This document shows, piece by piece, positions 19,062 through 27,949 of a stretch of DNA of 64,000 nt. The notes beneath the pieces are model-generated. The model was not told the DNA's origin and searched no databases. It saw only the letters and a list, made by a program, of their open reading frames with translations. The stretch is from NCBI GenBank assembly GCA_964607805.1, contig CAZSLF010000004.1, forward strand, positions 7,477 through 71,476, read 5' to 3'. The DNA is from an uncultured Candidatus Saccharibacteria bacterium (GTDB lineage Bacteria; Patescibacteriota; Minisyncoccia; Phycocordibacterales; CAIZLB01). The first letter of the stretch is position 1; the number at the start of each line of letters is the position of its first letter. The position numbers and the translations under genes were made by a program.

Positions 19062-19613
19062 ATGGCATACAACTTCACGCAATTTCAATCAAAATTAAAA
19101 GGAACAGAGGAGTGGCTCGCAAAAGAGTTATCGGGTATTCGAACTGGCCGAGCTTCGGTGACTTTCCTAGACAATATCAAAGTAGAATCGTATGGATCAG
19201 AGATGGCGATTTCAGCAGTTGCATCGATAAACACTGAAGATCCAAAAACACTTCGAATCACTCCTTGGGACAATTCACAAATTAGAAATATCGAAAAAGC
19301 AATTTCAATTAGTAATCTTGGCGTATCAGTTGTGGTGGACGATAAAGGTTTGCGTGTAATTTTCCCAGAACTAACAGGTGAGAGACGACAGCAACTAGCA
19401 AAAATTGCAAAAGAAAAATTAGAAGATGCACGTGTTGGACTTCGACGAGAGCGAAACGAAGTTATGTCTGATATTGAAAAGAAGCAAAAGGAAGGGGAAA
19501 TGGGTGAAGATGAAATGAAACGCAACAAAGAGCAAGTTGAAAAGTACATGCAGGAAGCAAACCGAAAACTAGATGAAATTTTCGCCAAGAAAGAAGCAGA
19601 AATCATTAACTAA
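19062..19613 (+). CDS. frr: Ribosome recycling factor
   Basis: ELSGIRTGRASVTFLDNIKVESYG and the overall length match Frr. An alternative start lies at 19041. Confidence 0.93.
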   Translation: MAYNFTQFQSKLKGTEEWLAKELSGIRTGRASVTFLDNIKVESYGSEMAISAVASINTEDPKTLRITPWDNSQIRNIEKAISISNLGVSVVVDDKGLRVIFPELTGERRQQLAKIAKEKLEDARVGLRRERNEVMSDIEKKQKEGEMGEDEMKRNKEQVEKYMQEANRKLDEIFAKKEAEIIN

Positions 19614-19658
19614 AAAATTGCTAAAAGCCGCGCGCAATAAATAATTCAAAATTTTTAA

Positions 19659-20792
19659 ATGGTAACAACAATAATTTTTCTACTAGTTCTAACCCTTCTT
19701 GTTTTTATACATGAACTGGGGCATTTTTCTGCTGCCCGATACTTTAAAATCCGAGTAGATGAATTTGCAATTGGTTTTCCTCCAAGAATTTGGAGCTTTA
19801 TGCGGAAGGGAACAAGGTTCGCTATTAATATAATTCCTCTTGGCGGATATGTAAAAATTCATGGTGAAAGCGAAACAGATGAATTAACTCCTGATAGTAT
19901 TCTTGCGAAACCAAGATGGCAGCAGGCAATTGTTTTAGTTGCTGGTGTTACTTTCAATATTGTTTTAACTTGGCTTCTTCTTTCTCTTGCTTTCATGATT
20001 GGTGCAAAATCAATGAGTGAAGGTTTTCCTGCTGACAAAGTGCAAGATAAAGGAATTGAGGTTATGTATGTGGCACCAGAAACTCCAGCAAGTGAAGTTG
20101 GGCTTAAGAGGGGAGATGAAATTATTTCAATCTCTACATCGAATACATATTTAGCAACAAGCACTTTGCAAGTTCCTGCAATTCAAGAAACTATTCGAAA
20201 TAGCAGTGGAACAATTATTCTAGAAATAAAACCAGCAACTGATAAAGCTGGAATCGGTCAATCTTCAACAACTACATCACTAACAATTCAACCAAAAGAA
20301 GGCGTTGTGCCAGGATATCGTGCAATTGGAATCTCCATGAGCGAAGTAGGCATAGTTAAGTTAGGATTCTTCGAATCTTTCTACTACGGTGCAAAAAACA
20401 CGGTAGTCATGACTCAAAATATTGCAGTCGGACTTTGGGATTTCTTTGGTGGAATATTTAAATCTGGTACTGGAGCCAAAGAGGCACTTAAAAGTGTGGC
20501 TGGACCCGTTGGAATTGCCGTTGAAGTTGGGGACTCTGCTAAACGAGGCTTCTCATCTCTCCTTGTTATCACTGCAATAATTTCCGCTAACCTTGCTGTG
20601 CTCAATCTCGCTCCTTTTCCGGCACTCGACGGAGGACGTCTAGTAGTTGTTGTAATTGAAAGTGTAATTCGCCGCCGTCTCAATCCAAAAGTTGTAGGGT
20701 ATATAAATATTGCAGGATTTCTTTTCTTGATAACTCTTATGTTGGTTGTAACAGGAAAAGATATTTGGGTTTTGATAAGTAAGTTTTTTTAA
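19659..20792 (+). CDS. rseP: RIP metalloprotease RseP (site-2 protease, M50)
   Basis: HELGHF motif, a central PDZ-like region, and NLAVLNLAPFPALDGG. Confidence 0.9.
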   Translation: MVTTIIFLLVLTLLVFIHELGHFSAARYFKIRVDEFAIGFPPRIWSFMRKGTRFAINIIPLGGYVKIHGESETDELTPDSILAKPRWQQAIVLVAGVTFNIVLTWLLLSLAFMIGAKSMSEGFPADKVQDKGIEVMYVAPETPASEVGLKRGDEIISISTSNTYLATSTLQVPAIQETIRNSSGTIILEIKPATDKAGIGQSSTTTSLTIQPKEGVVPGYRAIGISMSEVGIVKLGFFESFYYGAKNTVVMTQNIAVGLWDFFGGIFKSGTGAKEALKSVAGPVGIAVEVGDSAKRGFSSLLVITAIISANLAVLNLAPFPALDGGRLVVVVIESVIRRRLNPKVVGYINIAGFLFLITLMLVVTGKDIWVLISKFF

Positions 20793-20821
20793 TGGTGGAG
20801 GGGTGCGCATAATATAAAGTA

Positions 20822-20860
20822 AAAAAAAGAGGACTCACCGACACGAGGTCGGTGAGTCCC
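20822..20860 (-). terminator. Intrinsic terminator of the orphan gene at 20924-21505
   Basis: A perfect 12-bp stem, ggactcaccgac/gtcggtgagtcc (20832-20860). On the minus strand it is followed by T8 (A-run at 20822-20829). Confidence 0.8.
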
Positions 20861-20923
20861 TGCAACCATCAGACCCTGGATGCACAAGTCTGTTTGGTGA
20901 GGACGCATCCTTTAACCCTTAGG

Positions 20924-21505
20924 TTACTGGTAACGTGGTTGCAAATCTTTAGGTGGCGAGCTCCAAAGGCTTTGAAGATGCTTTCTCCGTCTATCATTTT
21001 CTGGAATATTGAGAGTCGCTACAAACAAGTTGGCCATATCATCCAGACGGCTATCGAACTGTCTTTTGGTGACAATAATTGTATTGAAGTCAACCATCCT
21101 CCTCCAAGTCAGCCTGAGATCAAAGGGTACAGCGGACTTGGTTGGCCAATCTTCATATGCCAAAAATCCATCTGCACAATAACCGATATCCAAGTGGCTT
21201 CCAGCTGCGCAGTAGATTCGCAATCGACTAGATTGAGAGCCGGGCAATTTTCGCATAATAGCTCCGAAGAGTATAAGCGCGGAACCCCGCGGATGTTTCG
21301 GATCCCAGTGCAAAGCTTCCTGAGATTTGATCACTTCTGACAAAGCATCTTCATACTTTGGTGGATCCTCATCGAATCCCACGACTGGGACAAAATTTGC
21401 TCTCAGAAAAAAATCACGTTGCCACTGGATACCTTCGGGTGTTTTCAAACCTCTCCGACTTGGTGCCGGTATAAGATTTGGATGTGGATGTAGGATTCGG
21501 CTCAT
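20924..21505 (-). CDS. Hypothetical protein (G+C-richer orphan with canonical SD)
   Basis: I chose the ATG at 21505 because AAGGAGG (complement of 21510-21516) lies 4 nt upstream (21506-21509). The ORF has its own terminator. Confidence 0.6.
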   Translation of the reverse strand: MSRILHPHPNLIPAPSRRGLKTPEGIQWQRDFFLRANFVPVVGFDEDPPKYEDALSEVIKSQEALHWDPKHPRGSALILFGAIMRKLPGSQSSRLRIYCAAGSHLDIGYCADGFLAYEDWPTKSAVPFDLRLTWRRMVDFNTIIVTKRQFDSRLDDMANLFVATLNIPENDRRRKHLQSLWSSPPKDLQPRYQ

Positions 21506-21777
21506 ATTGCCTCCTTCGTTTTTGTGTATGTGAAGTTTGTTTGAGGGCCAGGGGTGACCCTTTGAAACCAATATAATCCTTATCACATTTTTAAGGATCA
21601 ACTGTTATTACATTTACAATAATTAAAGGTTTTGTCAACTCTAGCAGAAATTCTGAGGAAGTTTTAGTAGAATTGCATGAAAATTGGCAGAAATTGGCCA
21701 GAAAGTCCATTTTCCTATAAAATAGCCCCAACCAACCTCACAACAACCCTTTATAAATCTCAAATAAATCACATAAT

Positions 21778-23079
21778 ATGCGCCAATCACATCTTTTCAC
21801 AAAAACTAGAAGGGAAGCCCCAAAAGACGAAACTTCAAAAAACGCGGAGCTTTTAATTCGTGCTGGGTATATTCATAAGATGCAGGCAGGAGTTTATGCA
21901 ATTTTACCTTTGGGGGAAAAAGTAATTTCAAAAATAACAAATATTGTTCGATTGGAGATGAATAGTATTGGCGGACAAGAATTAGAATTGACTGCCCTTC
22001 AAGATAAAGAAACATGGCAGAAAACTGGGCGGTGGGACGATGCAGTTGTTGATAATTGGTTTAAGACAAAGTTAAAAAACGATACAGAGGTTGGACTAGC
22101 ATTTACTCATGAAGAACCACTTACTTTACTTATGCGAGATCATATTCGGTCTTTTCGAGATTTGCCTGTTTATGTTTATCAATTTCAGAAAAAATTTAGA
22201 AATGAAAAACGTGCTAAGAGCGGAATTTTGCGTGGACGAGAATTTTTGATGAAAGATTTATATTCATTCTCTCGAACTAATGAAGAACATGCAGAGTTTT
22301 ATGAAAAAGCAAAGGTTGCATATATGAATATTTTCAAGAAAGTAGGTATTGGAGAGAAAACATTTATTACATATGCATCGGGTGGATCTTTCTCAGCTTT
22401 TTCAGACGAATTTCAGATGTTAACAGATGCTGGCGAAGATACAATTTTCGTAGACACTGCAACAGGATTCTCTGTAAACCAAGAAGTTATGGACTCAATA
22501 TCAGATGAAGAAATTGCGAAGAATAAATCAAGTCGCGAAGATTTGGTTGAACAAAAAGCTGTTGAGGTTGGAAATATATTTAGTTTGGGCACAAAATTCT
22601 CAGAACCACTTGAATTAAATTTTAAGAACGAGGCAGGAGAAAATACTCCAGTAATTATGGGTTCATATGGAATAGGTGTTTCAAGACTTATGGGTGCGGT
22701 AGTTGAAGCACTTTCAGATGAAAAGGGAATTGTTTGGCCAGAATCTGTTGCTCCTTTTAAAGTACACCTAATTCAGATAGGTGGCACAGAAGCTGGTGAG
22801 CGAGCAGAAAAGCTATATAAAGATTTGACTGCAAAGGGAATTGAAGTAATCTTCGACGATCGGGACGCTCGTCCAGGAGAAAAGTTTGCAGATGCAGATT
22901 TAATTGGAATTCCATATCGGGTGATAATTGGCGATAAAGTGCCAGAAGGAAGTGTTGAATTTAAAATGCGAACAGATTCAGATGCCGAAATAATTTCGAT
23001 TGATGAATTTTTTGAAAAAGTTCAGACTGGTGGCGCGGGTCCAGGAGTGAGTGCAAATGCGCCGCACAAAGCAGCATAA
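21778..23079 (+). CDS. proS: Prolyl-tRNA synthetase
   Basis: 433 aa. It has class II motif 2 (FRNEKRAKSGILRGREFLMKD) and a ProRS-type N-terminus. Confidence 0.92.
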   Translation: MRQSHLFTKTRREAPKDETSKNAELLIRAGYIHKMQAGVYAILPLGEKVISKITNIVRLEMNSIGGQELELTALQDKETWQKTGRWDDAVVDNWFKTKLKNDTEVGLAFTHEEPLTLLMRDHIRSFRDLPVYVYQFQKKFRNEKRAKSGILRGREFLMKDLYSFSRTNEEHAEFYEKAKVAYMNIFKKVGIGEKTFITYASGGSFSAFSDEFQMLTDAGEDTIFVDTATGFSVNQEVMDSISDEEIAKNKSSREDLVEQKAVEVGNIFSLGTKFSEPLELNFKNEAGENTPVIMGSYGIGVSRLMGAVVEALSDEKGIVWPESVAPFKVHLIQIGGTEAGERAEKLYKDLTAKGIEVIFDDRDARPGEKFADADLIGIPYRVIIGDKVPEGSVEFKMRTDSDAEIISIDEFFEKVQTGGAGPGVSANAPHKAA

Positions 23080-23084
23080 TAACA

Positions 23085-24152
23085 ATGTTAAAAAACCTCA
23101 AACATAAATTTCATAAGATGACATCAAATGAGATCGGTATCGATCTTGGCACGGCTAATACCCTTGTATATGTTTCAGGTCGTGGTGTTGTTATAAACGA
23201 ACCATCAGTAGTTGCAGTTAATCAAAAGACTGGACGTGTAGTTGCTGTAGGAACTCAAGCAAAAGATATGTTAGGTAGAACGCCTTCACATATTGTTGCT
23301 GTGCGACCACTTGTTGACGGGGTAATTTCAGATTTTGAAATTACTCAGGAGATGCTCTCATATTTAATACGAAAAGCAGAAGGTATTTCAAAAAAGATGT
23401 TTGGTCCAAAAGTTGTAGTTGGTGTGCCATATGGTGTTACAAACGTAGAGCGAAGAGCTGTTCGAGATGCTGCAAGAAACGCGGGTGCTCGAGAAGTTCA
23501 TATTGTTGAAGAACCTATGTCAGCAGCAATTGGAATTAGACTTCCAATCCATGAAGCGACGGGAAGTATGATAATTGATATCGGAGGTGGCACAACTGAT
23601 ATTGCGGTGATTTCACTTGGTGGAATTGTTCGAGCTAAAAATTTGAAAGTGGCGGGGGACAAGATGAATTCAGATATCATTTCATATATTAGAAATGAAT
23701 TTAAGATTTTAATTGGAGAAAAAACAGCAGAAGAAATTAAAATTGCAGTTGCAAGCGTGATTCCTATGAGCCCACCACTTGAAGCTACAATTCGAGGACG
23801 AGATTTAGTTACGGGTCTTCCGCGTGAAGTAGTTGTAACAGACGCTGATATTCGCGAAGCAATAGGTGCTTCGATTGATACTATTTTAGATGCAGTAAAA
23901 GAAGTTTTGGAAACAACGCCACCAGAAATTCTCTCAGACACTATGAAGAACGGAATATATGTGACGGGTGGAGGCGCACTAATTAGAGGTTTTGCAGAAG
24001 TACTTCACGAGTATGTTGGAATCCCTGTTCATATTGCGGACGATCCATTGACGGCTGTTGCGCGAGGGGCGGGGATTATTCTTGAGGATCTTAATCGTTT
24101 TGCTGATATACTAATCCAAAACGAAGATGAATTACCTAGATCGCGCCAGTAA
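23085..24152 (+). CDS. mreB: Rod shape-determining protein MreB (paralog 2)
   Basis: GIDLGTANT and DIGGGTTD motifs. It heads the mreC-mreD-mrdA cluster. The start may be the ATG at 23118. Confidence 0.93.
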   Translation: MLKNLKHKFHKMTSNEIGIDLGTANTLVYVSGRGVVINEPSVVAVNQKTGRVVAVGTQAKDMLGRTPSHIVAVRPLVDGVISDFEITQEMLSYLIRKAEGISKKMFGPKVVVGVPYGVTNVERRAVRDAARNAGAREVHIVEEPMSAAIGIRLPIHEATGSMIIDIGGGTTDIAVISLGGIVRAKNLKVAGDKMNSDIISYIRNEFKILIGEKTAEEIKIAVASVIPMSPPLEATIRGRDLVTGLPREVVVTDADIREAIGASIDTILDAVKEVLETTPPEILSDTMKNGIYVTGGGALIRGFAEVLHEYVGIPVHIADDPLTAVARGAGIILEDLNRFADILIQNEDELPRSRQ

Positions 24153-25074
24153 ACATATAGTTTCTTCACATCATTTAAAGGGTAGAAAAAAGCCTTTAAG
24201 TTTTTTTCATATTCTTTTAATTTTTTTGGTAATGGTTCTCATCTTTTTCATTGCTCGTAGTTTTATTGGAGATTTACTTTTTAGTATCCGAGGTTTAGTA
24301 CTACCAAATGCTCAGTCTGAAATAACTTTGCTTAGTGGTGCCTTCGAATCAAATACAAAAGCTCTTGAAGTTGAAAACGCTCGATTAAAACTTCTGCTTG
24401 AAAAATCAGGTATACGAGTTCCAAATTTTAATTCTGATGTAAATCTTGATGAGGTAGATTTTACTGCCCCTAATGACAATTCTTATGAAGATTTTAGTAC
24501 AAGTACTGCCTCAACGACTTCAACAACAGGATCAACAAGTTCAAATACTAGTTCAAATACTAGAGTCGTTAAACAAGGTGAGGGGCCATTATCAAGAAAA
24601 ATAAAATTAGCTGATGGAGATGTAATTTCAACTGTTCTAATTAGACCACCTCAAAGTCCTTACGATGTAATAGTAATTGATCGCGGACAGGATATTGGAA
24701 TTTCAGAAGGGGATCAAGTCTATGTTTGGGAAGGATTTCCAATTGGAGAGGTTGTTACCGTGCATAAAAATAGATCGATTGTAAAACTTTTGTCCGCACC
24801 GGGAAATAAAGTGGAAGTATATATTGGAACAAGTACGACGGCAGTAATTGCGGAAGGAAAGGGTGGAGGAAATTTTTTCCTAAAATTGCCAAAGGTTAGT
24901 GATATTAAAAATGGCGATTTAGTTGCTAGAAATTTTTTGCCACCTGAAGTTTTTTCAACAATTGAATCGGTCGATTCAAACGATGGTGAAGCATATACAT
25001 ATGCGTATTTCAAATTACCCATTAACCTAAATAATCTTGTCTATGTCTTGGTTAAAAAGAATACTGCTCAATAG
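24127..25074 (+). CDS. mreC: Rod shape-determining protein MreC
   Basis: N-terminal TM, a coiled-coil (ALEVENARLKLLLEKSG) and a beta-rich C-terminus. Its position after mreB supports the call. Confidence 0.8.
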   Translation: MNYLDRASKHIVSSHHLKGRKKPLSFFHILLIFLVMVLIFFIARSFIGDLLFSIRGLVLPNAQSEITLLSGAFESNTKALEVENARLKLLLEKSGIRVPNFNSDVNLDEVDFTAPNDNSYEDFSTSTASTTSTTGSTSSNTSSNTRVVKQGEGPLSRKIKLADGDVISTVLIRPPQSPYDVIVIDRGQDIGISEGDQVYVWEGFPIGEVVTVHKNRSIVKLLSAPGNKVEVYIGTSTTAVIAEGKGGGNFFLKLPKVSDIKNGDLVARNFLPPEVFSTIESVDSNDGEAYTYAYFKLPINLNNLVYVLVKKNTAQ

Positions 25075-25348
25075 TCTTTTGCTTGTTTGCATACTTTTCT
25101 TGCCTTGGTGGGTAAGTGCTATTTTGATTCTTTGGTATATATGGAAATTTGATATGTTAGAAGTGATTTTTTATGCCATGTTAATGGATATCCTATATGC
25201 ATCATATGAGTCCCTCAGTGCAATACATTATCCGCTATTATTTGGATTAGGATTTGGTTTGGAAGTACCTCCATTTCCAATATTTACCTTAATTACTGCA
25301 CTAATTGTCTATATTTTGAGTTTAGTCAAAAAGCGTATAAGATTCTAG
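25037..25348 (+). CDS. mreD: Small multi-TM protein in the MreD position
   Basis: 103-aa hydrophobic ORF between mreC and mrdA. The assignment is positional only. Confidence 0.45.
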   Translation: MSMSWLKRILLNSLLLVCILFLPWWVSAILILWYIWKFDMLEVIFYAMLMDILYASYESLSAIHYPLLFGLGFGLEVPPFPIFTLITALIVYILSLVKKRIRF

Positions 25349-25351
25349 CTA

Positions 25352-27301
25352 ATGAATCTTTTCAGAAGAAATAATAAATTATTAAAAGGTAGCGCTTTGC
25401 CAAGTTATAGAATATCTTGGTTTAAAAAGATATTTAATAAATTTACTTCTCGTGGCCGAAAACAAGGTGATATTGGAAATTTTGGTGGCTTTGGCGGCGG
25501 AGGTGGTAGTAGTTATGTCGGCTACAGTGGTATGGGCGGAGCAAATGGCGAAATAAATCCTGAAGAAATTTTTATTGATTCTAAGAATCTGCCCCAATTT
25601 GACACGGATCAGTTCGAGGGAAGAATTGAAAAGCCAATTTCTGCTAGAACTGTATATTTTTTAGCCACTTTATTTGTTCTAATTGGGATTGTATATGCTG
25701 GGCAAGCTTTTAAACTGCAAGGTGTTGAAGGTTCTTCTTGGAAAGAGAGAGCAGAAAATAATCGGTTGAATCATAGTTTAATTTTTGCTGAGCGAGGTGT
25801 TATTCAAGATAGAAATGGAATTTTGCTGGCTTGGAATCAAACTGCCGACGCTCAAAATGATTTTCCACTTCGAAGATATCGCTCTGAACCTGGGACACAT
25901 AATTTAATTGGTTATGCGCGTTATCCTAAAAAGGATAAATCCGGGTTTTACTACAATACGGATTACGCCGGCGCCGACGGCGTGGAGGAGTATTTTGACC
26001 ACGTTCTGAAGGGCGGCGCCGGCGTCAAACTAACCGAAACAGATGTTAAAGGTGACATAATCTCGGAAAGCGTTATGCGGCCAGCACTTAAGGGGACAAA
26101 TATCACTTTAACAATTGACGCGCGGATCCAAGAATATTTATATAAATCGATCGAAGAGGTTGCAAACCGATCAGGATTTATTGGCGGAGGTGGAATTATT
26201 ATGGATATAGAAACAGGAGAAGTTTTGGCAAGCGTCTCATATCCAGAATATGATTCAAGTATTTTGACAGCAGGAACAAGTACAGAAATTATAAATGCAT
26301 ATTTTAAGGATCCAGGAAAGCCATTTCTCGATAGAGTTACACAAGGACTCTATACTCCAGGATCAATTATTAAACCATTTTTAGCTTTCGCAGCTCTACA
26401 AGAAAAAGTTATTACTCCTGAAAAATCAATTGAGAGTACGGGAGAATTACGATTGCCAAATCCTTTTAAACCTGGAGAATATTCAATATTTAAAGACTGG
26501 AAGGCTCATGGATTTACCGATATGCGTCGGGCCATCGCCGTTTCGTCCGATGTTTACTTCTATCAAGTCGGAGGAGGATTTCTAAATCAACAAAGAGGAC
26601 TTGGAATTACAAATATAGAAAAGTATGCAAGATTTTTCGGTTTAGGCGAGCCGGTTGCTGAAGGTTTTTTCAAAAGTAAAGCAGGAGTTATTCCAAATCC
26701 CGAGTGGAAAGCTAAAAATTTCCAAGGAGATATTTGGAGAGTTGGAGATACATATAACACATCCATCGGTCAGTACGGTTTTCAATTAACTTTGACTCAA
26801 GCAGTTAGAGGTATGGCAGCTTTGGCAAATGGCGGCAAAGTAATCGATCCACATATTTTCAAATCAATTGGAGTAAATCAAGAAAATCTAGATGCAATCG
26901 CAAAAAACGCGAGCACAAGTGCAGGAATTAATAGCACGTCTATTCCAGAAGATAAAATTGAACCAAAGGCTCCTGCACGAACAATACTTGCTGATAATCC
27001 TTCATATTTTAAGGTGGTCCAAGAAGGTATGCGTATGACTGTTACTGATGGAACTATGACAAGTCTAAACGTTCCATATGTAGCACTTGCAGGAAAAACA
27101 GGAACAGCTCAGCAAGGTGTGAACAATGAATTTATCAACTCTTGGGTATCAGGATATTTTCCATATGATAAGCCAAAATATGCCTTTGTTGTGATGATGG
27201 AGCGAAGTCCGGCCAGCGCCACTTACGGTGCCTCAGCCGCTTGGAGGGAGCTAATAGAGAAGATGAACCTATATGCTCCAGAATACTTCAGGGCGGAATA
27301 A
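25352..27301 (+). CDS. mrdA: Penicillin-binding protein 2 (elongasome transpeptidase)
   Basis: SxxK (GSIIKP), SxD (SSDVYF) and KTGTA motifs. The cytoplasmic N-terminus is Gly-rich (GNFGGFGGGGGSSYVGYSGMGG). Confidence 0.9.
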   Translation: MNLFRRNNKLLKGSALPSYRISWFKKIFNKFTSRGRKQGDIGNFGGFGGGGGSSYVGYSGMGGANGEINPEEIFIDSKNLPQFDTDQFEGRIEKPISARTVYFLATLFVLIGIVYAGQAFKLQGVEGSSWKERAENNRLNHSLIFAERGVIQDRNGILLAWNQTADAQNDFPLRRYRSEPGTHNLIGYARYPKKDKSGFYYNTDYAGADGVEEYFDHVLKGGAGVKLTETDVKGDIISESVMRPALKGTNITLTIDARIQEYLYKSIEEVANRSGFIGGGGIIMDIETGEVLASVSYPEYDSSILTAGTSTEIINAYFKDPGKPFLDRVTQGLYTPGSIIKPFLAFAALQEKVITPEKSIESTGELRLPNPFKPGEYSIFKDWKAHGFTDMRRAIAVSSDVYFYQVGGGFLNQQRGLGITNIEKYARFFGLGEPVAEGFFKSKAGVIPNPEWKAKNFQGDIWRVGDTYNTSIGQYGFQLTLTQAVRGMAALANGGKVIDPHIFKSIGVNQENLDAIAKNASTSAGINSTSIPEDKIEPKAPARTILADNPSYFKVVQEGMRMTVTDGTMTSLNVPYVALAGKTGTAQQGVNNEFINSWVSGYFPYDKPKYAFVVMMERSPASATYGASAAWRELIEKMNLYAPEYFRAE

Positions 27302-27411
27302 CTATTGACCTGGGGCCAATTTGAGCCTTGGAAATGCCAAAGAATGGCCATTCCCATAATAAATAGCCGAAATTTGCCAAAACCCTTAAAACAGGCTATG
27401 ATTTCCCGCAT

Positions 27412-27876
27412 ATGGCAGCAAAAGAATATCTAACAAAAGAAAAATTTAAGGAACTAACTGAGGAGCTAAATGTCCTTAAAACAGAAAAGCGAACTAAAAT
27501 CGCAGCTGAACTTGAATATGCAAAGTCTCTTGGAGATCTTTCAGAGAACGCTGAATACCACGAAGCACGAGAAGAGCAGGGTGCACTCGAAGATCGAATC
27601 TCACAGCTTGAAACTATTCTTGCATCTGCAGAAATTGTTGAAGTACACCATAGTAATACTATTGAAATTGGATCAAAAGCAACTGTTACTAAGAAAGGAT
27701 CAAAAGATTCTCGAGTATTTACAATTGTAGGATCTGAAGAAATCAATACTGAGGCTGGTAAAATCTCATTCAAATCTCCACTAGGAAGCGCTCTTCTTGG
27801 AAAGAAGAAGGGTGAGGAGTTTTCACTAAAAACTCCCGGAGGTGATGTTACATATACAGTTGTATCTATCGCTTAG
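27412..27876 (+). CDS. greA: Transcription elongation factor GreA
   Basis: 154 aa. It has the coiled-coil motif GDLSENAEYHEAREEQ and a C-terminal FKBP-like domain. Confidence 0.93.
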   Translation: MAAKEYLTKEKFKELTEELNVLKTEKRTKIAAELEYAKSLGDLSENAEYHEAREEQGALEDRISQLETILASAEIVEVHHSNTIEIGSKATVTKKGSKDSRVFTIVGSEEINTEAGKISFKSPLGSALLGKKKGEEFSLKTPGGDVTYTVVSIA

Positions 27877-27949
27877 CTTGTAGAATATATTTGCTATAAT
27901 TTAGCAGATAATCATTTCTATAATAATTTCTAATATTTAACTAATTTTT

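Noticed and set aside
19085-19606. A 173-aa Ser-rich ORF antisense to frr. Similar antisense ORFs lie at 23498-23941 (mreB), 27396-27773 (greA), 38909-39355 (ftsI), 37591-38070 (rsmH/ftsL), 48376-48714 and 58956-59294 (recR).
   Set aside because: All are mirror frames of confidently identified genes. They have low-complexity translations and no start signals.
20852-21340. A 162-aa plus-strand ORF overlapping the minus-strand orphan gene.
   Set aside because: The minus-strand ORF has a perfect SD, a promoter-like element and a T-tract terminator. The plus-strand ORF has none of these.
21602-21777. A T-box leader upstream of proS (and, by the same logic, upstream of lysS and cysS).
   Set aside because: There is no conserved T-box 14-mer, no specifier loop and no antiterminator/terminator pair. 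The region shows only a short tandem attggc(c)agaa repeat and a promoter-like element.
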